Source of the DNA: Gammaproteobacteria bacterium
GTDB lineage: Bacteria; Pseudomonadota; Gammaproteobacteria; HK1
DNA: 64,000 nucleotides
NCBI GenBank assembly: GCA_965214795.1
Contig: OZ243976.1
Location: forward strand, 4,673,783-4,737,782
Direction of reading: 5' to 3'
Shown: positions 57,547-64,000 of the stretch, piece after piece
How the letters are laid out: each line of letters opens with the position of its first letter
How positions within the stretch are numbered: position 1 is the stretch's first letter
Position numbers and translations under genes: made by a program
The notes under the pieces: generated by a model
Told to the model about the DNA's origin: nothing
Databases searched by the model: none
The model's input: only the letters and a program-made list of their open reading frames with translations

Positions 57547-60500
57547 TTACGGTGAGAGGGCTACCTGCGACGGCCTGCTCCTGCCCTCTCCGAAATAGAG
57601 CGCCTTGAACCGGTCCATCTGCTTGATCCTGTCGATGAGGGCCCGCTCCTGCCGCGAGTTGGAGACGTTCCTGACGAGGAACTTCGCATCCGTATCCGTC
57701 GAACGGAGAACGAGGTAATTGGCGATCGCCGAAAACACGGAGACGTCGAAATCCCGCGCCTCCTGGGAGGCGAGTACCAGCGAGATGCCGTATTTGCGAC
57801 ACTCCTTCGCCATCGTCGGAATGAGCTTGAGCCGGGCGGCGCGATGCGCTTCGTCGAAGATCAGCGCATGCGTGATCCGCTCCTGGATGCCCCGGCGGAA
57901 CATGTCCTTGTAGAGCCCGTAGAACACCAGGGACGCGAACGCGCGCTGCAAGTTGTCGTTCTGCGTCGTGTGGATGCGGATGACCGTCGGCAAGGCGCCT
58001 TCCCACAAGCTGCCCTGGGACTCGATACCGGCATCGAAGAAACCGTAGTCGTCCAGCTCGCCCAGACGCCCGAGCAGGGTTCGCAAGCCGCGGTCCGGCT
58101 TCGGATCGTCCCGCAGAATCTCCACGAAGCGCTTGAATGCCGGCTCCGAAGCACCCGCCGTTCCGGTGGCCCAACCCGCCTCCTCGAAGCTCTGCTTGAT
58201 GGCTCTGCGAATACGATCCGCTTGAATATCCCCGAGTTCCGGGTAGACGGCGGTGAAGATGTCCCGCATGACCCCGGCAACGTCCAGGTGCGCCATCCGC
58301 GCCGTTCGGTCGATTACTCGCAGCGGGTTGAAGCCGAGCCCGTCGAAGTCGACGAAGCGGACGTCCCCGAGGGACTCTTCAAGCCTCTCGTCGATATCCT
58401 GATGATAGGAAAAGACGACCGGCCGAACGTTCGCGGCGACCATTTGCTCGCACAGGTTCACGACACAGGTGGTCTTCCCCATGCCCGGCAGGCCGGCGAT
58501 CAGAAGGTGGGGATTGCCGCTCACTCCGAGACGCCAGTCGACCTCGGTGTTCGTGAGCGTGTCCGTCCCGAGACGAACAGCCGGGGGAGGGTCGTCCTGA
58601 TCGGACGGCAGTGCATCCGGGGTGGGCGGTGTATCCGGGGCGGCAATGGACTTCTCGGCGGCGTCCGTTGGTCGAGATTTCAGGCCGCCTTCGGATCGCG
58701 CTCGGCCCTTCGCCGATCGCACCGAGGGTTGCTGGCCCGCCGTTTCGGAAGGAGGCGCCTCCAAGCCGAAATCCGAGTCCGGCAGCAGACCGGGACCGAA
58801 CAGGAATACCCGCGTGCCCCAATCGTCAGGGGAGATTCGCGACGGGCGACGGCCGGCGTACTCGGGGCAGAACAACCAGCCGAGGTCGCCTCGCGTATCG
58901 GCGGTGAAGGCGTACTCTCCGCCCCTTTCGATCATGCGATCGATTTCGGCCAGGAGAGCCTTGTGCCGCTCCGCCGGCAGGTAGTGCCGGTGCGCCTTGT
59001 CGGCATAGAAGCGCAGCACCCGGGCCAGCTTGGCGCGCCGGATCGCCCGGAACGCGGCGCATACGTCCTCATGACCGTACCAACGATCCCATCCCTCGCG
59101 GAGCGTCCGGGTCTGCCCGTCGATCCGCTCCAGGATCTCCGGCGACCGGGCGGTGCGCAGGTGGCGGCGGTACTTCACCTCGACGAACCGGAAGACCAAG
59201 CCCTTGCGGGCCGGCGCGGTGACGTAGATGAGGTCCGGGCGGGTCCCTCGCTCGTCGTCGCCTTTGCCTTCAGCCAGCGGCGGGAGCAGGTCGCTCACGT
59301 CATCGACCGGAACGATGAACCCGTCCTCGAGCGAAACCCAGCAGGCGTCGCTTGCGGAAGCACGCCGACAGTGGGCGTGAGAGACCGCCAGGGCAACCAG
59401 CTCCGACGTGGCCGGCCGGTGGCCGGTGAGGCGAATGGCGAGCCGCCCGCTGAGCGCCTTCAGGTGTTCCAGGAGGAACTCGGCGTTGCGGCGGCTGTGG
59501 CTCAGCCCCATCTGATCGAGTGCGTCGTCCAGCAGGCCGCGAACCTCGTCGAGATTCGCGGTGGAGGTGATCAACTGGAGACATCCGAGGTCTTCACGCT
59601 CCGGCACGCAGTCGATGACGTAGGCGTCGTAGATTTCCCGGTTGTCCCGCGGCGAGTCGAAATACTCGATGCCGGCGTTGCGGTCCAGGGTTACGACCCA
59701 GTCGCAGAGCCGATGCAGCTCCGCAAGGCTGTCGGCTTTCTCGCGGAAAATTTCCGTCTTCAACACGGGCCATCCCGCCCCCCTGTCGAGGTGGCGGGCA
59801 ACTGCCCTTTGCGTGGCGTCCCGGAGGCGCGCGAGCGTTTCGGTGTGGGTCCGGCGGGACGGATGTTTTTCGCCTTCCGAAGCGGACGGAACCGCACTGA
59901 CCCACACGGGCGAAGGCAGGCTCGAATAGCGCCGCTCGTAGAACGACAGCAAGCCGAAGGCATGGTACGGGCCGGAGGTCCGTTCCGCTTCCCCGTCGCC
60001 GGCAACGACGCGGGACTCGAACGTGTCGAACGCAATGGCGAGATGCGCCGCCGTCTCCGGGTCTTGCCGCTCCTTGCGCGCCCAGCGCAGCCGGGGCATG
60101 TGGACGCGGCCCGGAAGGCTCAGGGAATCCAGCATCCAGCGGTCTTCGGCGGCGAGGACGCCCGCACCGCTGCGGCGTTTCTCGCGTGCCTCGGCGATGA
60201 ATCGGCCGGCAACGGCCCGCTGTTCCACCGACGGGTAGAGCTCCAGCGAGAACATCGGCGCCGCGGCGGCTCCTTCCTCGTCCCCGCCTTCGTCGTCTTC
60301 CTCCTGGCGATAGCGCTCATGGACGCCGCCGAGGGATCGGGCGACAGTCAGCCCGTCGCCGGCCCGGAGCGCATGGACATGCAGAAAGCGGGGTTTGTCG
60401 TGGCAGTCCAGGTACTTGACGATTTCGTTCCCCAACACCCTGGCGCTCTGGCTGCCCACCGTCGGCGCGGTGTCCGCCGCTTCGCTTTCGCCAAGGGCGC

Positions 60501-61857
60501 GGGCCAGGATCGCCAGCGCCGCCTTCGGCTCCTTGTCCTTGTCGGGCACCATTCCCACTGCATGAAAGCCGAGCGTATCGGCGAAGACGAACGCTCCGCC
60601 CTCCGGGTTCGGCAGGAAGGCGGGGAACATGGCGCCGTCGAGGCCGGCGAACTCGGCGCGGAGGTCCCGAGCCTTTTGCCCCTGCTCGAAGGCGGTATGA
60701 AGAACGAGGTTGTCGTAGGCAGTCTGCCACGCTACCCGCAGGGGATGGGCGGGCAGGACGATGAGGCCGACGGTGCGCCCGGACAGCGACTGCACTTCGA
60801 CGGTATTCGCGAGGGCGAGCGCGGGGCTGCCCTTCTCCAGCAGGGCGGCCCAGGCCCGCAGATACTCCTGTACGACGCCGAAAGGCGCGACCGTCTCGTC
60901 GTATACCTGGGCCACGCCGCCGCCCGCGCCGAAGCGCTGGGCCATCCTGCGGCTGGCCGCCGCCGCGCGCTTCCATGCGTCGCCGTCACCGCCATCGAAT
61001 GGCTTGAACTCCGCCGCGCCGGCGCGCTCCCCCGAGCCCCGCACCTTGACCGTCCACCAGCCGATCCCGCCCTGTCTCTTGATCCATTGCTCTTCGGCCT
61101 CGGCGATCAGCGCGGGCCGAAAGACCCGAAAGCTCTTGCGTCTCCCCTGCTCGAGCGGCGTTCGCAACAGGACGAAGCCCTTGGAATCGACGGTGACCGA
61201 GGGGGCCGACGTCATCGTCGAGACGGCTTCACGCCTCCCCAACTCGGCGAGCCCCTCGCTGAACGTCCGAACCTTCGCGCCGACCCCGCCGATCTCCTGC
61301 TCCGGGGGGTCCCCGAAACGGACGATGAACTCCTCGCTCTTCTGGGGTTCGATCGCGTCATTGCCGACCACCTCGACCACCGCCTTGGCCGACAGCAGCG
61401 TGGTTTCATCCAGCGACGAGAAATCGTCGTTGCTGAACCGGCATTTCTCTCCGCCTTTCCGCGCGGAATGGGCAACCTCCCGAACGGCGAGCTCCTCCTC
61501 CATGCCGGTCCGGAGGGTGACGCGGTATTCGGCCGCGTTCTTCTCGAGGTCGGCCGGGTCGGTCTTCCACCTGACCTCCAGGGTCGAGAAGCGGCCGCTC
61601 TGGTCCGCGTCCGGCCGCAGGACGAGAGCCGGCGGCTTTTCCGCATCCGCTTCTTCGATCAGGCCGGACCATCTGGCGATGGTGCCGCTGCCAAACAAAA
61701 CTTCGCCCCAGGCCCAGGGCTCATCGTCCCGAAAGTGCTGCATACGGTGGAGCCAAAGGACATGGTTCGAATTGTTCATCGAGCGCCCGCGGGCGGAACG
61801 GGTGAAGTAGAGCGAGTCACTTTCGCGCGACTCTTGCTTACTCTGTATCTGAACCAT
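57547..61857 (-). CDS. 1436-aa protein: unassigned N-terminal ~870 aa, PD-(D/E)XK-like nuclease motif, Pro/Ser linker, C-terminal HerA/FtsK/VirB4-class P-loop ATPase
   Basis: Continuous ORF. RPDLIYVT...LVFRFVEVKYR at nt 59173-59238. Walker A GLPGMGKT at nt 58471-58494. Walker B LIFDEAH at nt 57844-57864. ECRKYGISLVLASQEARDF is typical of DUF87/HerA-type ATPases. The ATG at 61857 follows AGGTG. Confidence 0.85.
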   Translation of the reverse strand: MVQIQSKQESRESDSLYFTRSARGRSMNNSNHVLWLHRMQHFRDDEPWAWGEVLFGSGTIARWSGLIEEADAEKPPALVLRPDADQSGRFSTLEVRWKTDPADLEKNAAEYRVTLRTGMEEELAVREVAHSARKGGEKCRFSNDDFSSLDETTLLSAKAVVEVVGNDAIEPQKSEEFIVRFGDPPEQEIGGVGAKVRTFSEGLAELGRREAVSTMTSAPSVTVDSKGFVLLRTPLEQGRRKSFRVFRPALIAEAEEQWIKRQGGIGWWTVKVRGSGERAGAAEFKPFDGGDGDAWKRAAAASRRMAQRFGAGGGVAQVYDETVAPFGVVQEYLRAWAALLEKGSPALALANTVEVQSLSGRTVGLIVLPAHPLRVAWQTAYDNLVLHTAFEQGQKARDLRAEFAGLDGAMFPAFLPNPEGGAFVFADTLGFHAVGMVPDKDKEPKAALAILARALGESEAADTAPTVGSQSARVLGNEIVKYLDCHDKPRFLHVHALRAGDGLTVARSLGGVHERYRQEEDDEGGDEEGAAAAPMFSLELYPSVEQRAVAGRFIAEAREKRRSGAGVLAAEDRWMLDSLSLPGRVHMPRLRWARKERQDPETAAHLAIAFDTFESRVVAGDGEAERTSGPYHAFGLLSFYERRYSSLPSPVWVSAVPSASEGEKHPSRRTHTETLARLRDATQRAVARHLDRGAGWPVLKTEIFREKADSLAELHRLCDWVVTLDRNAGIEYFDSPRDNREIYDAYVIDCVPEREDLGCLQLITSTANLDEVRGLLDDALDQMGLSHSRRNAEFLLEHLKALSGRLAIRLTGHRPATSELVALAVSHAHCRRASASDACWVSLEDGFIVPVDDVSDLLPPLAEGKGDDERGTRPDLIYVTAPARKGLVFRFVEVKYRRHLRTARSPEILERIDGQTRTLREGWDRWYGHEDVCAAFRAIRRAKLARVLRFYADKAHRHYLPAERHKALLAEIDRMIERGGEYAFTADTRGDLGWLFCPEYAGRRPSRISPDDWGTRVFLFGPGLLPDSDFGLEAPPSETAGQQPSVRSAKGRARSEGGLKSRPTDAAEKSIAAPDTPPTPDALPSDQDDPPPAVRLGTDTLTNTEVDWRLGVSGNPHLLIAGLPGMGKTTCVVNLCEQMVAANVRPVVFSYHQDIDERLEESLGDVRFVDFDGLGFNPLRVIDRTARMAHLDVAGVMRDIFTAVYPELGDIQADRIRRAIKQSFEEAGWATGTAGASEPAFKRFVEILRDDPKPDRGLRTLLGRLGELDDYGFFDAGIESQGSLWEGALPTVIRIHTTQNDNLQRAFASLVFYGLYKDMFRRGIQERITHALIFDEAHRAARLKLIPTMAKECRKYGISLVLASQEARDFDVSVFSAIANYLVLRSTDTDAKFLVRNVSNSRQERALIDRIKQMDRFKALYFGEGRSRPSQVALSP

Positions 61858-61901
61858 GACACCTAGCTAACAACGGCTGCCGCTAATGGCCCGAATTCCT
61901 G

Positions 61902-62744
61902 TCAATCAAGCTGCAATAGTTCAGACGCGATTTCTTCTGTACTTTTCAGAGACGTATTCAGAGCAATCTTATCCGCCAACATGGGACTTTGACGAGCGAC
62001 TTCATCCTTTGAAATTTCGTGCCAGATAGGCAAGATGCGGATATCATCCTCAGCTTCGAGAGAAAAAAGGCCGTCGAGTTCCTTTTGAGTCCATTCTTTC
62101 GCGAAGAAATATTTCGACAAGACAACTACGCCAAAACGTGAATGCGCTAGTCCTTGGTCGATATTTCGTCGCAGGCTGTCGCCAACTTTCAGAGTGAACT
62201 CGTCATACCAAACCTTGGCTCCCCTGGCTCGGAGCCTTTCTGCCAATTCCCGAACAAAGTCATTTTTATCTTCGGTCGCGTGTGAAATGAAGAAATCGTA
62301 GTCGGTTCCTTGGGCGGGCGCAGGGAGATTAGTGCCGTGCAACAGGGTTGCACGGTGCTGAATCTCACTCGTAACCCGTCGTTCATGTTCCTCGCGTTCG
62401 CGGATCAGTCGCCTTTGTTCGTCAGCTATTTTCTTGCGCCTCTTTTCACTCTCGCGAGCCTGCTTAACTTCATACGAACTCAGACTTCTGAATTTGTCGG
62501 CGATCTTTCCAGAAATCTCCGCACGCTTTTTCTGCACGTTGGCCAAGTCTTTAGAGGCACGTTCAATTTCTTTCAATTTACTCTGCGACGTCGAAAGGTT
62601 GTTTGTTCGGCTAGCCGCTGCTTGCGCACGACTGATCTTCGCCTGAATATTGGCCTCCTTTGCAGTCTCCCGAGCTTCGGCTTTTCGGAGATCAGCGATC
62701 TCTTTGGTAAGTCGGTTGATCTGGCTCTGGTTCGCGGAAGTCAT
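61902..62744 (-). CDS. Coiled-coil plus TIR-domain protein
   Basis: 280 aa. Residues 1-130 are Lys/Glu/Arg/Ala-rich with heptad-like character. The TIR domain (nt ~61905-62303) carries DYDFFISHATEDK, VWYDEFTLKVGDSL, SRFGVVVLSKYFFAKEWTQKELDG. The gene is markedly AT-richer than its surroundings (hand count 26/60 G+C for 61921-61980). Confidence 0.85.
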   Translation of the reverse strand: MTSANQSQINRLTKEIADLRKAEARETAKEANIQAKISRAQAAASRTNNLSTSQSKLKEIERASKDLANVQKKRAEISGKIADKFRSLSSYEVKQARESEKRRKKIADEQRRLIREREEHERRVTSEIQHRATLLHGTNLPAPAQGTDYDFFISHATEDKNDFVRELAERLRARGAKVWYDEFTLKVGDSLRRNIDQGLAHSRFGVVVLSKYFFAKEWTQKELDGLFSLEAEDDIRILPIWHEISKDEVARQSPMLADKIALNTSLKSTEEIASELLQLD

Positions 62745-62747
62745 GGT

Positions 62748-64000
62748 TCACCTCATTCGACCCTGTACTTCGTTTCGTGAAACATTGGAAACAATAATCA
62801 GCAATATCGCCGCGATTCGTCGAGCGGTATCGGTGAAGTGTTGGACTTCTGCGGGCGAGAGAGGGCGGGCGAGGATGGTTCGTTCGCGGTAGGAGAGCCA
62901 TTTCTTGAGGACTTGGTAGCCGCCGAGCTTGTAGCCCCAGACGGCGGCGGGGACGTTGCGCCAACAGGCACGGTCGTTCAGGTAGATATCGAGCGTCGTT
63001 TCGCCGAGCGCAAACAAGGCGCGGCCCAGGATGGTGCGCTCGTCCGGCGTATAGGCGCGCTTGACGATTCGGCCCTGGCCGGGCATCACGGCGTCGTTCT
63101 GGCCAAAATGGCCCCAACCCACCGTGACGGTGAAGTCTTGACCGGCCATGTTGCCCCCGTCGGTGGTGGCAGGAACGGCGATGGCGGCGATCTCCGGGCG
63201 CAGCGCGCCCCGGGTAACCCCCGAAACGGGCGCGTCGGGATCGAGTAGTTGGGCGAGCTCACGGCCCCGTGCCGCCGATCGGGCGAAGACCTCCACCGCG
63301 CCTTCGGTCTCCTGCGGGCGGGACGCCCCTGCCTGCGCTTGGTCGGCGGGCAGGCGCATTCCCAAGGGCCAGCCGGGCAGCGGGATGCGCGGCCATTCCA
63401 TTGCGAGAGCCCCGGCGTTGGTCTGGCGGTAGGCCGGATCGTGCAGCACAGCCAGGATGTGGTGGAACAGGTCCTCCACATTCGCGCCCAAGCGTCCGAG
63501 ATAGCGTTGGGCGGCGCCCGACAGATTGGGGCGGCGTTGCGTGCCATCTCCACCGTTGCCGATGCCGTCGTCACGGAGCCATGCCGGGAACATGTTTGCG
63601 CCGCGTTCAATCAGATGAAGGGACGCCATGCGTTGCGTGACACAGGCTTGCGGTTCCGCCGCGTCCTTCCTCAGATGTGGGGCGGCGGAAAGCCAGAGAT
63701 TCCCGTCAAAAACATGTGGTCTATAATCTGGGCGCCTTTCATTGAGAAGCTTCGTCTCCGCTTCCCAATAAAGCCAGCGAACGTCGAACGGCCGGTAAGT
63801 GTGGCGAATGAACCCTGTATCGCTTGGGCCGCCACGTGCAAGCAACGCATCGCGTATCGCGCGGGGGTCATACCTTGCTCTGATCTTCATGGCCGACGGG
63901 TGGAGCGCGGCGATCTCGTCATGGCTTGAGTTGACGTCGAAGTAGTCTCTAATGCGCGACTTCAACGAGGCGAGATCGATATCAATCACAAAAGCGTCGC
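62748..64000 (-). CDS. C-terminal part of a type ISP / type IIG-like restriction-modification enzyme (5-prime end outside the window)
   Basis: The frame is open to the window edge. YRPFDVRWLYWEAETKLLNERRPDY, FHHILAVLHDPAYRQ, NVPAAVWGYKLGGYQVLKKWLSYRE resemble the type ISP C-terminal specificity/coupler domain. Confidence 0.7.
   Translation of the reverse strand, partial: DAFVIDIDLASLKSRIRDYFDVNSSHDEIAALHPSAMKIRARYDPRAIRDALLARGGPSDTGFIRHTYRPFDVRWLYWEAETKLLNERRPDYRPHVFDGNLWLSAAPHLRKDAAEPQACVTQRMASLHLIERGANMFPAWLRDDGIGNGGDGTQRRPNLSGAAQRYLGRLGANVEDLFHHILAVLHDPAYRQTNAGALAMEWPRIPLPGWPLGMRLPADQAQAGASRPQETEGAVEVFARSAARGRELAQLLDPDAPVSGVTRGALRPEIAAIAVPATTDGGNMAGQDFTVTVGWGHFGQNDAVMPGQGRIVKRAYTPDERTILGRALFALGETTLDIYLNDRACWRNVPAAVWGYKLGGYQVLKKWLSYRERTILARPLSPAEVQHFTDTARRIAAILLIIVSNVSRNEVQGRMR

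Noticed and set aside
57844-61866. 1340-aa plus-strand ORF
   Set aside because: It is antisense to the 1436-aa gene, which carries clear Walker A/B and nuclease motifs. The product is Arg/Gly-rich and featureless.

Overview
High-GC bacterial chromosomal window in which core metabolism alternates with accessory DNA. All protein family calls come from reading motifs in the supplied or self-made translations. No database search was possible, so family names are recognition-level hypotheses.

Core blocks:
- A methylmalonyl pathway operon (mutase, pccB, pccA, meaB) and prpE.
- An intein-containing split class II ribonucleotide reductase (nrdJ).
- A sulfatase.
- The run ridA, enoyl-CoA hydratase, class III ADH, def, SDR and a fadB-like gene.

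Accessory blocks:
1. 1-6578: a translationally coupled minus-strand cassette, radC -> UvrD-type helicase fused to a Cas4/AddB-like nuclease -> AlbA_2/HATPase (Schlafen-like) protein -> Type III-like Mod methyltransferase. The cassette runs off the window.
2. About 10.1-15.8 kb: a toxin-antitoxin, MITE and hypothetical-gene islet.
3. 35446-41791: an orphan type I-G (formerly I-U) CRISPR-Cas interference module (csb2, csb1, csx17, and a cas3 reduced to its HD half). I found no cas1, cas2 or cas4 and no CRISPR array. It sits in a scrambled integrative/conjugative-element remnant: two relaxase pseudogenes, a truncated integrase, an Rpn nuclease, an IS630 element and a tRNA 3-prime scar at about 49.27 kb.
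4. 57547-64000: a minus-strand operon of a type ISP-like enzyme C-terminus -> coiled-coil TIR protein -> 1436-aa PD-(D/E)XK plus HerA/FtsK-like ATPase giant. I do not recognise this as a named system and rank it as the best novelty candidate.

Also present:
- A 132-144 bp MITE family in three copies, each with a 9-bp target duplication.
- A 186-bp palindromic element in the nrdJ leader.
- A 24-bp tandem repeat between pccA and meaB.
- At least five toxin-antitoxin loci.
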